From Candidatus Harrisonbacteria bacterium (GTDB lineage: Bacteria > Patescibacteriota > Minisyncoccia > UBA6257 > 02-FULL-45-10c): a DNA stretch of 64,000 bases. Below are positions 1 through 10,178 of the stretch, in pieces. Numbering within the stretch: the first letter of the stretch is position 1; each line of letters starts with the position of its first letter. Location of the stretch: positions 21,377-85,376 of the forward strand of contig JACROC010000006.1 of assembly GCA_016214655.1 (NCBI GenBank), written 5' to 3'. The notes below the pieces were generated by a model. The model made no database searches, was not told the DNA's origin, and saw only the letters and a program-made list of their open reading frames with translations. Made by a program: the position numbers and the translations under genes.

Positions 1-797
1 AATCAGTTTCTATTGTCTATGATTTTCCTTATAAACATTTGCCGCCGCGCGACTTGAAAGATCGGCTTCGCCGGATTGTGATCGGCTGGTATCACGGATT
101 TTCATTGCGCCGGGCCGGTGCGATTGTGGCGATATCCCATTCAACTAAAGACGAAATAATAAAATTTTTTAATATCAATCCCGGAAAAATCAAAGTCATC
201 TATCACGGTTTTAAAAGCATCTGCGTATTACCGGAGCAAAAATTGGATTTGCCGGATAAATTCTTTTTTTTCGCCGGCACTCTTAAGGAACGGAAAAACG
301 TGCTGAATATAGTCCGCGCTTATAATCTGTTTCGGAAGGCGCGGCCGGATATTGGAATGAAATTGGTTTTGAGCGGAAAAAGCGAGGGCACATATTATGA
401 AGCGCTGAAAAAATATGTTGCGCAGGAGGGTTTGGCGGAAGATGTCGTATTTTCCGGTTATCTTAATGACGGGCAGTTATCGTATGTTTATAAAAAGGCC
501 AGTGCGCTGGTGTTTCCGAGTATTATTGAAGGATCCGGAAACCCGATTTTGGAGGCAATGGACTGCGGATTGCCGGTGATCACTTCCAATATCTTTGGTC
601 CGGCTGAATTGGGAAGCGGCGGATCGGCGCTTTTAGTTGATCCATATAGCGTGGAAGAATTGGCAAGTGCCATGCAAAAAGTGGCAATGGATAAGAAGGT
701 AAGAGAATTTTTGATTGAAAAAGGACGGCGGCAAATAAAGAAATTTTCCTGGGATACGGCAGTGAGAGAGCTCCTTTCGGTAATTAAATCTTTATAG
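1..797 (+). CDS. GT4-family glycosyltransferase (GT-B fold), C-terminal part; 5' end truncated by window edge
   Basis: Reading frame is open from nt 3 up to the listed TTG at 39 (no in-frame stop), so the N-terminal half is outside the window. C-terminal domain shows the retaining-GT4 signature ...FPSIIEGSGNPILEAMDCGLPVITS... Confidence 0.7.
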   Translation, partial: SVSIVYDFPYKHLPPRDLKDRLRRIVIGWYHGFSLRRAGAIVAISHSTKDEIIKFFNINPGKIKVIYHGFKSICVLPEQKLDLPDKFFFFAGTLKERKNVLNIVRAYNLFRKARPDIGMKLVLSGKSEGTYYEALKKYVAQEGLAEDVVFSGYLNDGQLSYVYKKASALVFPSIIEGSGNPILEAMDCGLPVITSNIFGPAELGSGGSALLVDPYSVEELASAMQKVAMDKKVREFLIEKGRRQIKKFSWDTAVRELLSVIKSL

Positions 798-803
798 CGT
801 AGA

Positions 804-1940
804 ATGTATTTTTATTATCGCATACGAAATTGGATTTTTATCTCGCTTAGCATAATTTTATCCCCGGTCATTTTTCTTATTATTCGGTGGCGGGCTCGCA
901 GAAAAAGCGGCAGCCAATTCCCGAGAATTCTTGTGATTCCGCAGTTTACCCGAATCGGCGATGTGGTGTGCGCGACACCGGTGTTCCGGGCGATCAAGAA
1001 GCAATACCCAGAAAGTTTTATCGCGGTAGTGGTGCATAAAAAAGCCGCCGGCATTTTGAAAAATAATCCGCATATCGATGAGGTTATATTATATGGGTAT
1101 GCAAATTTTTTGGACGCGATCCGCCGAATCAGATTCCTTCAATTAAATTGGAGTTTTTGCTTATCCGGAAGTTCCATCGGGAATTTGATGGCATGGTGGG
1201 GAATGATTCCAAATCGTGTTAAATTAACCCGCTCAGGCAGGCCGGTTTCGGAATGGCTGACAGATTGGTTGAATAATTATCAATTTTTTTATGCGCACCA
1301 TACCTATTTGCCTGGCCATTACTTAAAGATGCTTTCGGTATTAGGCATTTCTAATCCGGAAGAGGTAAAAGAAGTTTTTGTTGCTCCAGAAGGGGAGAAA
1401 AAAATCGGACAATTTTTAAAGATTCATCAGATAAGCGAATTTGATATGTTGGTGGGAATGAGTATTACTGCGGGTAATAAAATCAAAGAATGGGGCGACG
1501 GCAAATTCATAGAGCTAGCAAAAAGAATTGTTGCAAAATATACCGCAAAGATTGTTTTTATTGGTGGAAAGAATGATAATGCACGCATTGCATCCTTATT
1601 GGAGAATCTGCCCAAAGTAAGTTATTTCAAGGCGACCGATTTTTCGCTGGAGGAATTGCCTTCTTTGATAAAGCACCTCAAATTATATATTGCAGTGGAT
1701 ACGGGCCCAATATATGTTGCGCATGCACTAAAAACGCCGTTGATTGATATCGTCGGGCCCGTAGATCCTCGGGAACAGCCGCCCCATGATGAGCGCAGTT
1801 TGTTGGTATTGCCGTCAGATGGCATCAATCCGTCAAGCTTTGTATTTAAAAAAGCGGGAGAGGAGGTAAATTATAAGGCAGCTATCGATTCCATTTCAGT
1901 AGAAAGGGTGATGGAAGCAGTAGAAAAATTGATTTCTTAA
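804..1940 (+). CDS. GT9-family glycosyltransferase (ADP-heptose:LPS heptosyltransferase-like)
   Basis: N-terminal motif ILVIPQFTRIGDVVCATPVFRAIKKQYP and C-terminal ...YIAVDTGPIYVAHALKTPLIDIVGP are typical of WaaC/WaaF-type GT9 enzymes. ATG at 804. Confidence 0.65.
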   Translation: MYFYYRIRNWIFISLSIILSPVIFLIIRWRARRKSGSQFPRILVIPQFTRIGDVVCATPVFRAIKKQYPESFIAVVVHKKAAGILKNNPHIDEVILYGYANFLDAIRRIRFLQLNWSFCLSGSSIGNLMAWWGMIPNRVKLTRSGRPVSEWLTDWLNNYQFFYAHHTYLPGHYLKMLSVLGISNPEEVKEVFVAPEGEKKIGQFLKIHQISEFDMLVGMSITAGNKIKEWGDGKFIELAKRIVAKYTAKIVFIGGKNDNARIASLLENLPKVSYFKATDFSLEELPSLIKHLKLYIAVDTGPIYVAHALKTPLIDIVGPVDPREQPPHDERSLLVLPSDGINPSSFVFKKAGEEVNYKAAIDSISVERVMEAVEKLIS

Positions 1941-3004
1941 TGAGAGTTTGTTTTTTAACTCATAATTTGAGATCGGATAATGGCGCGGGAGTTTTTTCTC
2001 TCCGGCTTATTCGGAGCATGCAGGATGCTTTGAGATGTAAAGTGGTGGCATTGACGGCGGTTCCCGATAAAATCAGGTTCTGGAGCGCATTTTTCCAATT
2101 ACGAAAGATTTTGAAAGGATGCGACATTATTCATGCGCTGGATGCCTATCCTTACGGCGTTATGGCAACATTAGCTGCCCTAGGATTAGGAAAGAAAATA
2201 ATCATTACTGCGGTAGGAACCGGCTCAATTAATCCGCTCTATAGGATTCCGTATTCGTGGTTATTGAAATATGTATATCGGCGGGCATATAAAATTACCG
2301 CGATCAGCCATTTTACCAAAAATGAAATATTAAAAAAAGTACCGGATATTCAAATTGAAGTAATTAATCACGGAGTTGATCTTGAAAAGTTTCAAAAAAA
2401 TATTGATACGCGTAAATGCGTCAATGCAGACCAATATAAGCCATATATATTGAGCGTGGGTTCGCTCCGCTGGCGGAAAGGATATCATCTGAGCATTCCG
2501 GCTTTTGCGCGGGTCGCGGCTGAATTCCCAAATTTGAAATACATTATTGTCGGAAAAAAATATGCGGCGGATTATTACCAAAGATTGCAAAAACTCATTT
2601 CCGATTATAAGCTGGAGGACAAGGTATTTTTACTTGATTCTGTAGATAATTTTGACGATCTTTTGTGTTTGTATCGGGGCGCAGAATTATTCTGCCTTTT
2701 ATCGCAAAATGCAAGGCATGATGTTGAGGGATTTGGCCTGGTATTTTTGGAAGCGGCAGCCGCTGGCCTTCCGGTAATCGGCAGTAAAGGCGGGGGCATT
2801 GAGGACGCCGTATTGGAGAATAAAAATGGATTTTTGGTGCCAGAACAAGACGAAGATGTGTTTGCGGGCGCGGTCATTAAGATTTTGAAAAATAAGGATT
2901 TGCGAAATGGGATGGTTAAGGAATCGCTTTCATTGGCCGAATCATCCCGATGGGACAAAAGATTGGATGAATATGCTGCTATTTATAAATCTATAATTCA
3001 TTAA
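1940..3004 (+). CDS. GT4-family glycosyltransferase
   Basis: C-terminal EGFGLVFLEAAAAGLPVIGSKGGGIEDAV (E-x7-E GT4 motif). ATG overlaps upstream stop (taATGa). Confidence 0.75.
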   Translation: MRVCFLTHNLRSDNGAGVFSLRLIRSMQDALRCKVVALTAVPDKIRFWSAFFQLRKILKGCDIIHALDAYPYGVMATLAALGLGKKIIITAVGTGSINPLYRIPYSWLLKYVYRRAYKITAISHFTKNEILKKVPDIQIEVINHGVDLEKFQKNIDTRKCVNADQYKPYILSVGSLRWRKGYHLSIPAFARVAAEFPNLKYIIVGKKYAADYYQRLQKLISDYKLEDKVFLLDSVDNFDDLLCLYRGAELFCLLSQNARHDVEGFGLVFLEAAAAGLPVIGSKGGGIEDAVLENKNGFLVPEQDEDVFAGAVIKILKNKDLRNGMVKESLSLAESSRWDKRLDEYAAIYKSIIH

Positions 3005-3047
3005 ATAAAGTTACGAAAATCTCCTTATTTTGGTTATACTCAATAAC

Positions 3048-4052
3048 ATGGCGCAAAAAAAGAAAGCATTGATTACCGGCATTACCGGACAAGACGGCTC
3101 TTATATGGCTGATTTTTTGCTGGCAAAGGGATATGAAGTGCATGGATTGGTAAGGCGCTCCTCAAGTTTTAATACCGGAAGAATTGATCATTTGTATGGC
3201 GGGACAGTGCAGGAGACGAAGGATTTTTTTATGCACTACGGCGATCTTACCGATACGAATTCACTGATTCATATTATTGATAAATGCCGTCCGGATGAGG
3301 TGTATCATTTTGGCGCTCAGAGCCACGTGCGCATCAGTTTTGATATTCCGGAATCTACTGCGCAAATTACCGGCGTATCTACCCTCAAGCTTCTGGAAGC
3401 GCTTCGTATTGTAAGTCCGAAAACAAAATTTTATCAGGCATCTTCTAGCGAAATGTTCGGTAAAGCAAGAGAGATACCCCAGAAAGAGACAACCCCGTTT
3501 TATCCCCGCAGTCCGTACGGCATTGCGAAAGTTTTTGCATACTGGACCGCAGTGAATTACCGGGAAGCGTACGGAATGTTTGCTTGCAACGGAATTCTGT
3601 TTAACCATGAATCGCCGCGCCGCGGTGAGAATTTCGTAACGCGGAAGATTACCACTGGTATTGCGAAAATTTTAGCCGGCAAACAAAAGAAAATTTATTT
3701 GGGAAATCTTGATGCCAAAAGGGATTGGGGATATGCCCCCGAATATATGGATGCTGCCTGGCGCATGCTTCAGCAGCCGGAGCCCGACGATTATGTTATC
3801 GCAACCGGTGAAACGCATACAGTGCGGGAATTTGTGGAGGAAGCGTTCCGTGTAGCGGGTATTGCGGATTGGAAGAATTATATTGAAGTTGATCCTAGAT
3901 ATTATCGTCCTGCGGAAGTTGATGTGCTGATTGGCGACGCCACTAAAGCAAAGCAGAAATTGGGATGGGAGCCGAAAGTAAAATTCAAGGAATTAGCGGA
4001 AATCATGGTGAAAGCTGATTGTAAAAAGCAAGGTATTGAGCTGAAGTCATGA
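3048..4052 (+). CDS. gmd: GDP-mannose 4,6-dehydratase
   Basis: [46 protein letters not shown]... classic Gmd N-terminus. Catalytic SSSEMFG / YGIAK motifs present. ATG at 3048 (the listed start at 3030 is TTG). Confidence 0.9.
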   Translation: MAQKKKALITGITGQDGSYMADFLLAKGYEVHGLVRRSSSFNTGRIDHLYGGTVQETKDFFMHYGDLTDTNSLIHIIDKCRPDEVYHFGAQSHVRISFDIPESTAQITGVSTLKLLEALRIVSPKTKFYQASSSEMFGKAREIPQKETTPFYPRSPYGIAKVFAYWTAVNYREAYGMFACNGILFNHESPRRGENFVTRKITTGIAKILAGKQKKIYLGNLDAKRDWGYAPEYMDAAWRMLQQPEPDDYVIATGETHTVREFVEEAFRVAGIADWKNYIEVDPRYYRPAEVDVLIGDATKAKQKLGWEPKVKFKELAEIMVKADCKKQGIELKS

Positions 4053-5251
4053 GAAAGATCGGATATCAAATCGGCGTTGGGTGCGCTGATATCAGTAAAA
4101 AAGAAAAAGAATATGTAAAAGACGTGTTGGAGCACGAGCGTCTTTCCTACGGGCCTTACACAAAGAAATTTGAAGAAGAATTCGCAAGAGCTCATGGGTG
4201 CAGATATGCCATTTTTTTGAATAGCGGCACTAGCGCGCTTCGGATTGCGGTAGCCGCTTTGAAAGAGATTGAGGGCTGGAAAGATGGGGATGAGGTATTG
4301 TGCCCCGCAGTTACCTTTGTTGCTTCTTCAAATGTGATTATTATGAACGGCTTAAAGCCGGTGTTTGTGGACGTTGATCCGCGGACATACAATATTGATC
4401 CGCGAAAGATTGAAGAGGAAATTACCAAGAAGACCCGTGCGATTATGGCGGTTAATTTGTTTGGACAGCCGGCGGATATGGATCCGATCTTAAAGATTGC
4501 TAAAAAACACAAGCTGAAAATTATTGAGGATTCCTGCGAAACAATGTTTGTGAAATACAAAGGTAGGCCGGCGGGTTCTTTCGGAGATATCAGCTGTTTT
4601 TCAACATATGTTGCGCATTTATTGGTAACTGGAGTAGGCGGATTTTCCTGCACGAGCAATCCAAAATACGCGGAAGTGATGAAGAGTTTGGCGAATCACG
4701 GCCGGGACGGGATTTATCTGCATATTGATGACGATAAAAATTTGAACAAACAGGGTCTATTTCAGGTAGTGTCCCGGCGATTCCATTTTATCCGCCTTGG
4801 TTATAGTTTTAGGGCGACCGAAATGGAAGCAGCTCTGGGTATAGGTCAGATGGAGCGGAAGGACCAGATTTTAGGGGCAAGGAAAAAGAATGCGGCGTAT
4901 TTGCTGAAAAAATTAAAGCCGCTTGCACAATATCTCCAGCTCCCGTGGCATCCCGGGCGGGTGGAACATTCATTTATGATGTTTCCGATTGTGGTGAAGC
5001 GGGGCGTTGGTATAAAAAAGCAAGACCTGGTGATGTACTTGGAAGAGCATAATGTGGAGACGCGCGACATGCTCCCGCTTTTAAGCCAGCCGGTGTATAA
5101 AAAATTATTCGGCGATATTGAAAACCAATATCCGGTGGCGAAATGGGTAAATGGTAATGGATTTTATATTGGCTGTCATCAAAAACTGACCAAGAAAGAA
5201 ATGGATTATATGGTTGCCGTTTTTGAAGATTTCTTTAAAAAACGAGTATGA
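4049..5251 (+). CDS. DegT/DnrJ/EryC1-family PLP enzyme, ColD-like (GDP-4-keto-6-deoxy-D-mannose 3-dehydratase-like)
   Basis: DegT-fold sequence. At the position where aminotransferases carry the Schiff-base Lys (SFHxxK...GEGG) this protein has ...[19 protein letters not shown]..., i.e. His instead of Lys, as in ColD (remembered as ...TFSSFYSHHIATMEGG...). The C-terminus NGFYIGCHQ resembles ColD GLFVGNHQ. Translationally coupled to gmd (ATGA overlap). Confidence 0.6.
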   Translation: MRKIGYQIGVGCADISKKEKEYVKDVLEHERLSYGPYTKKFEEEFARAHGCRYAIFLNSGTSALRIAVAALKEIEGWKDGDEVLCPAVTFVASSNVIIMNGLKPVFVDVDPRTYNIDPRKIEEEITKKTRAIMAVNLFGQPADMDPILKIAKKHKLKIIEDSCETMFVKYKGRPAGSFGDISCFSTYVAHLLVTGVGGFSCTSNPKYAEVMKSLANHGRDGIYLHIDDDKNLNKQGLFQVVSRRFHFIRLGYSFRATEMEAALGIGQMERKDQILGARKKNAAYLLKKLKPLAQYLQLPWHPGRVEHSFMMFPIVVKRGVGIKKQDLVMYLEEHNVETRDMLPLLSQPVYKKLFGDIENQYPVAKWVNGNGFYIGCHQKLTKKEMDYMVAVFEDFFKKRV

Positions 5252-6474
5252 ACATTAAGAAAATTGCTGTCATTCTTCGCCGCCTGAATGTACGCGGCGG
5301 TACCCAGCGCCAGGCGCTTTCTTTGGCGCGTGAGTTGCAAAAGCGCGGCCATACCATCAAGCTCTATACGTTTCTTTATGACGCCGATCGTTCCTATGGG
5401 GATATGCTGAAGAATTTTGAGGTTGTTTCGCTGAATAAAGGCACCGGACCATCTTGGTTAAAATCAGTTCCATTAGTGCGGCATTTTTTGCAATTAGTGA
5501 ATGAAAATAAACTTGCAAAGGAGCTTGCGATGATGATGGATGACGATTTTGACTTACTCAATCCTCACGATCAGGTTAGTTATAAAGTTGCATTTTATTA
5601 CAAAAAATATAAAAGAAATGTTCCATCGGTGTGGCATATGAATGATTTGCCGCTTTTATGCTGGGCCTACGACCGCTTAATGGGTGCAGATGAGGCATTC
5701 CGTCAGTCGCTGGTAAAGCGGTTTCTGTATTATATTGCCGATCAATATGAAATCCGGAAATTCCTGCGGCATCAAGACGCGATTATTGTGGTAGATAGTT
5801 TTAATGTGGATCTTGTAAAAAAATATATGAATCTCGAAGCGATAACCGTGCGGAGCGGCCCAGATACGGAGCATTTCACTTTTACCAAAAGAACGCCGCC
5901 ATCAAAAAATATTAAAATTCTTACCAGCGGCATTTTGATGCCGCACCGGCGGTATCAGGATACTATCCGAGCGGTAAAGATGTTATTGGATGAAGGATGT
6001 GCTCCGACGCTGACCATTCTCGGAGATTATGAAAATGATAAGAAATACCATCAACTGCTTATTAATCTGGTAAATGAATTAGGGATTCAGAATAATGTAA
6101 AATTTTTGGGCAGAGTATCTGAAAAAGATTTATTGCGGGCTTATGCGGAGCACGATATCTACGTATTTCAGCACCATCTTCAGTCTGATGGATTGTCTCC
6201 GTTTGAGGCGGCAGTCTCTGGTTTGCCGATCCTGGTGTCGCGTACCGCCGGATGCCATGAAATGCTTACTGATCACGAGAACGCGCTCATTATAGAACCA
6301 AAAAATCCCGCAGATATTGCGGGATGCGTGAAGGAATTAGCTGATAATTCTGATTTATATATGAAATTGAGCAAGAACGGCGCAGAGTTTGTGTGTGAAA
6401 ATTTTTCTTGGGCGAAATATGCCGATGGGGTATTGCGAGTTTTTGAAAATGCAGCTAAAAGTTACAAGGAATAA
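5248..6474 (+). CDS. GT4-family glycosyltransferase
   Basis: N-terminal GT4 N-domain (RGGTQRQALSLARELQKRGHTIKLY). C-terminal LSPFEAAVSGLPILVSRTAGCHEML motif. Confidence 0.7.
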   Translation: MNIKKIAVILRRLNVRGGTQRQALSLARELQKRGHTIKLYTFLYDADRSYGDMLKNFEVVSLNKGTGPSWLKSVPLVRHFLQLVNENKLAKELAMMMDDDFDLLNPHDQVSYKVAFYYKKYKRNVPSVWHMNDLPLLCWAYDRLMGADEAFRQSLVKRFLYYIADQYEIRKFLRHQDAIIVVDSFNVDLVKKYMNLEAITVRSGPDTEHFTFTKRTPPSKNIKILTSGILMPHRRYQDTIRAVKMLLDEGCAPTLTILGDYENDKKYHQLLINLVNELGIQNNVKFLGRVSEKDLLRAYAEHDIYVFQHHLQSDGLSPFEAAVSGLPILVSRTAGCHEMLTDHENALIIEPKNPADIAGCVKELADNSDLYMKLSKNGAEFVCENFSWAKYADGVLRVFENAAKSYKE

Positions 6475-7352
6475 TATTTTTCCAGATATTTTTGCAAGGA
6501 AACTCGCCAATGAGGAAGTTTTGGTAATTTGGTATTCAGAAGTACGTTAGACGGCGCGCGCGGCACTTTAAAGAATTTGTCTTGATTAACGAAAGTAAGA
6601 CGGAATTTTTCCATTGGGATTTTAAGGTGGTTGGCGATTAATTTTAGTACGTCCAAAGTCGTTGCCTCTCCGGCATTAACTTCATTTACAAGGTGAAATA
6701 TCCCGCTTGCATAATTTCCGCCCAACAAATTGTTTAGTCCTTCGGCGAAGTCATGCGTCCAGGTGGGCGAACGCCATTGGTCTTGGATGACAGACAATTC
6801 GTTTTTTTCTTTAAGATCGTTTATAAATCGATCCACGAATGTTTGTCTTCCTCGTCCATAGAGCCACCCGGTCCGGACGATAAACCATTTTAGGAATGTC
6901 TCCGGATGGGCTGACGCAATCTCTTGTATTAAATCCTCCGCTTCTTTTTTCGCTTTTTGGTATGCGCTTATCGGCTGGCGATCGTCATTCTCTTTATATC
7001 CTTCAACTTTACAATTTTGAAAAGTTCCGCCGAATACTTCGGAAGTGCTGATCTGGACTACTATCGTCGGTTTTTTGAGCTCGATTAATGCCTCAAGGAT
7101 ATTTTTAATTCCGTCACGATTTACCGCATAGCATTTGGCTGGATTTTGTTCGCAAAAATTAATATTCAGAATAGCCGCGCAGTTGATAACGATATCGGGA
7201 CGATGCGTTTCAAGCTGGGCGTGGATGCTTTCCGGATCGGCGATTTCAATATCCTGGTGAGTGAGCTGGATCACTTCAAATTGAGATTTTAGGTGACCCG
7301 ACAATTCTTTTCCCAAAAGCCCACCCGCTCCCGTAATTAAGATCCTTTTCAT
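6462..7352 (-). CDS. NAD(P)-dependent sugar-nucleotide reductase/epimerase, RmlD-like (possible 4-reductase partner of the gmd/ColD-like branch)
   Basis: MKRILITGAGGLLGKELS... Rossmann GxxGxxG motif. Length (~296 aa) and layout match dTDP-4-dehydrorhamnose reductase-type SDRs. It is the only minus-strand gene in the first 20 kb. Confidence 0.55.
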   Translation of the reverse strand: MKRILITGAGGLLGKELSGHLKSQFEVIQLTHQDIEIADPESIHAQLETHRPDIVINCAAILNINFCEQNPAKCYAVNRDGIKNILEALIELKKPTIVVQISTSEVFGGTFQNCKVEGYKENDDRQPISAYQKAKKEAEDLIQEIASAHPETFLKWFIVRTGWLYGRGRQTFVDRFINDLKEKNELSVIQDQWRSPTWTHDFAEGLNNLLGGNYASGIFHLVNEVNAGEATTLDVLKLIANHLKIPMEKFRLTFVNQDKFFKVPRAPSNVLLNTKLPKLPHWRVSLQKYLEKYYSL

Positions 7353-7421
7353 ATGTTTCCTTTTTAATGTTTCTAAGGTTATACTTTACGCTAACCTATA
7401 CGCAAATTCAAGGCAATTTAT

Positions 7422-8804
7422 ATGAAAAAAACTTTATTTTTTTCCGCTTATTCAACCATGGGATTCAGAAATTTTTTGGTGATTCCTAATGGCGTGGCTG
7501 CGCGGCTGGCGCAAAATAAAAACTTGGAATTAGTTTTCTTGATTCCGAGAGGATCCAATCTCGGCGCCTTGATTAAAAAATATAACCTTGGCCCGAATGT
7601 AATTGTTGAAGAGGTGGATACGAAAATGCAGAAATTTTCGCTTATTCAAAAAGCATTTTATTTTTTTTATTCCTATCTTATTTTTACCGGCACGACTCGC
7701 CTGCTTGCGACATTCGGGGCGCGGGCTGACGCGCCTCCGGCCGGAGGTAATAGATACGCCGCGCCTCTTAAAAGCTTGATTTCCAAAACATTCGGAAGAT
7801 CCCGGCGGATTAAAACCGTTTTTGTTCCGTGGGCGTATAAGAAGCTTTTTTTCAGGAAAGAACTTGCCGATCTTTTTGAAAAGTATCACCCAGATTTGGT
7901 ATTTTTATCCGGCATCGCCGCCTTTGAGGACGAGGAATTATTGGCGGAAGCGCAGCGTAGAAGGGTGAAGACGATTGGCATGCCTACAAACTGGGATCAC
8001 CTTAATAAGTATTATATTCCGGTTCATGCGGACTTTTTGCTGATCCAGAATGAGCCGATGAAAAAAGAGGCGATGGAATATCATGGTTATCGCGAAGATC
8101 AGATTGTGATGGTAGGTTTTCCGCAATTTGATTTTTATGTAATCGGAAAGGAATATATTAAGCCGCGTGCGGAGGTGTTTAAAAAATACGGGTTTGACCC
8201 GGATTCAAAACTCATCTTATTTATTTCCGGAAGCGTTTATGCTTTGGACGAACAGGATATTTTAAGGGCTATTTATGATCGGGCCTGGCGCGGAGAATTT
8301 GGATATCCGGTTAGCGTGATGGTGCGCCCATATCCAAATCGCGCCGACATCGTCAAATATAAGCACTTGGAGGGCTTGCCGGGAATTGCATTTTTTTGGG
8401 AAAATACTTCAACTAATTTTGAAAATATTATTGAATTTACAAATATCCTACGCCATGCCGATGCGGTTATTTCCGTATTTTCCACGACGGCGATTGAAGC
8501 TGCGATATTTGATAAGCCAACTATTACTATAGGATTTGACGGCTATAGTAAGCGGCCGATGCACCAATCTTTGGCGCGCATGGAGAAGCTTTCGCATTTT
8601 AAACACGTACTGGACACCGGGAGCGTGAAAGTTGCGCGAAGTTTTGAGGAATTATTCGCCCAACTAGGCCAATACTTGAAGTCGCCGGAAACTGATCGGG
8701 AACAGCGTAAACTGTTAATCGAAAAAATGTGTTACAAAATGGACGGCAATTCCACGCAGCGGATTGTTGAGTTTATTAATGCGCAACTAAGCGATGCAAA
8801 ATAG
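7422..8804 (+). CDS. TagF/TagB-like CDP-glycerol glycerophosphotransferase-family protein (paralog 1 of 5)
   Basis: Shares with four other ORFs the motifs YHPDLVFLSG...VKTIGMPTNWDHLN, KLILFISGS (compare the family motif ILYAPTWR) and STTAIEAAIFDKPTITIGFDGY (compare the family motif DYSSVxFDFxxLxKPII). About 450 aa. Confidence 0.5.
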   Translation: MKKTLFFSAYSTMGFRNFLVIPNGVAARLAQNKNLELVFLIPRGSNLGALIKKYNLGPNVIVEEVDTKMQKFSLIQKAFYFFYSYLIFTGTTRLLATFGARADAPPAGGNRYAAPLKSLISKTFGRSRRIKTVFVPWAYKKLFFRKELADLFEKYHPDLVFLSGIAAFEDEELLAEAQRRRVKTIGMPTNWDHLNKYYIPVHADFLLIQNEPMKKEAMEYHGYREDQIVMVGFPQFDFYVIGKEYIKPRAEVFKKYGFDPDSKLILFISGSVYALDEQDILRAIYDRAWRGEFGYPVSVMVRPYPNRADIVKYKHLEGLPGIAFFWENTSTNFENIIEFTNILRHADAVISVFSTTAIEAAIFDKPTITIGFDGYSKRPMHQSLARMEKLSHFKHVLDTGSVKVARSFEELFAQLGQYLKSPETDREQRKLLIEKMCYKMDGNSTQRIVEFINAQLSDAK

Positions 8805-10170
8805 GCCGGCTTCTTTTACTAAGAAATTTATCAGCGGCGAGATGTACTTCGGATTTTGGGGCATGATTTCCAAGGTATTAGGTTTGGGCAACACTTTTTT
8901 GACCGTCTCCTCATTAACGGTTTATCAGTATGGAGTATTGCAATTGATTCTTGCCACCTATGCGGCGTTCGCTGATCTGATGCTGATCGGCAGTCCGGTA
9001 GTCAGCAATGAGATTTTCCGTTTAGTCGGATCGGGAAAAGAGGAAAAAGCAAAACGCCTTTTTTTTGAATATAATAAGCTTTACGTATTAATCGCAATAT
9101 TTTTTTGGGGCTTATTCTTTTTTGGCGCGCCGGTTCTTTCATTCAGATATGGTCCGGATTTCATTCAATTCGCCAAGATTATTTCATTTTTATTTTTATT
9201 TGAGGTCTTCTTGGCTGCAGCGAAATTATTGCTTAAATTGAGGTTGAAGTTTAAAGTTGTCGCCAGCCGGTCTTCAATTGCTAAATTTGTCCAATTTTCT
9301 ATATTAAGCTATTTCTTTTTCTTTTCGCACCTTGGTTTGAGAGAGGTTTTGTTGTCTTTGGTAATTGCCATGTTTATCTCTCTTTTATCTTTAGTTCCGG
9401 CCGCAATAAAAGCTTATCGTCCATGGGTCGGTAGGGCCGCCTTAAACGAAAGGATTCTTTTGGGGATATTTTTTGCGCATGGTAAGTGGGATATATTAAG
9501 ATCTTTATTCTCAAGATTAACCTCAAGAATTGAGCCGTGGATACTCAAATTATTTGTCGGTACGGAAGCCGTTGCCATTTTTTCCGTGGCTAACACGATT
9601 GTTGGAACAATAAAAGACTATTTCCCGAATAATACGATAAATTCTCTCGCCGCCTTGGCCGTAGAAGATAAAGCCAGGTCCCAAAGAATTTTTTCTTATG
9701 GAATGAAATATATGTTTTTACTTTCAATCGCGGTATCTATTGCGGCGCTAATTGCGGTTCCTCCCTTTATTAGATTATTTTTTGCGAAATATAGCGCTTC
9801 TTTGCCGCTTTTCTACATCCTATTGTTTAATTTGCCGATGGGAATGCTGGCATTTATGCCGTCTATTTATTTACAAATTCTGAAGAAACAGAAGTTTTTA
9901 CTCTATCAAGGAGTCATAAGATCTATCATAGAAATTCCGTTAGTATTGATTCTGGTTATTCTATTTGGATTGTGGGGGTTAGTTGCAAAGGAAATATTAA
10001 TAAAGCTGATCATGTTCCCGATCACCCTCTGGTATTTTTTGAGATATCAAAATCTGGTATCCATAAAATGGGGCGAGTTATTTTCATTTACCGGAAACGA
10101 TAGAATATTCTTGGCGAATATGTATTCTAATTTTACTTCTTTGATTAAAATGAAATTGAATATAAAATGA
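8794..10170 (+). CDS. polytopic membrane protein, putative MOP/Wzx-type glycopolymer flippase
   Basis: 458 aa and about 12-14 hydrophobic segments throughout. Embedded between TagF-like paralogs. No soluble domain. Confidence 0.35.
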   Translation: MQNRPASFTKKFISGEMYFGFWGMISKVLGLGNTFLTVSSLTVYQYGVLQLILATYAAFADLMLIGSPVVSNEIFRLVGSGKEEKAKRLFFEYNKLYVLIAIFFWGLFFFGAPVLSFRYGPDFIQFAKIISFLFLFEVFLAAAKLLLKLRLKFKVVASRSSIAKFVQFSILSYFFFFSHLGLREVLLSLVIAMFISLLSLVPAAIKAYRPWVGRAALNERILLGIFFAHGKWDILRSLFSRLTSRIEPWILKLFVGTEAVAIFSVANTIVGTIKDYFPNNTINSLAALAVEDKARSQRIFSYGMKYMFLLSIAVSIAALIAVPPFIRLFFAKYSASLPLFYILLFNLPMGMLAFMPSIYLQILKKQKFLLYQGVIRSIIEIPLVLILVILFGLWGLVAKEILIKLIMFPITLWYFLRYQNLVSIKWGELFSFTGNDRIFLANMYSNFTSLIKMKLNIK

Positions 10171-10178
10171 ACTGATAT

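Noticed and set aside
39-797. TTG at nt 39 as the true start of the first gene
   Set aside because: The frame is open all the way to the window edge and the GT-B N-terminal domain is missing, so the gene must begin upstream of nt 1.
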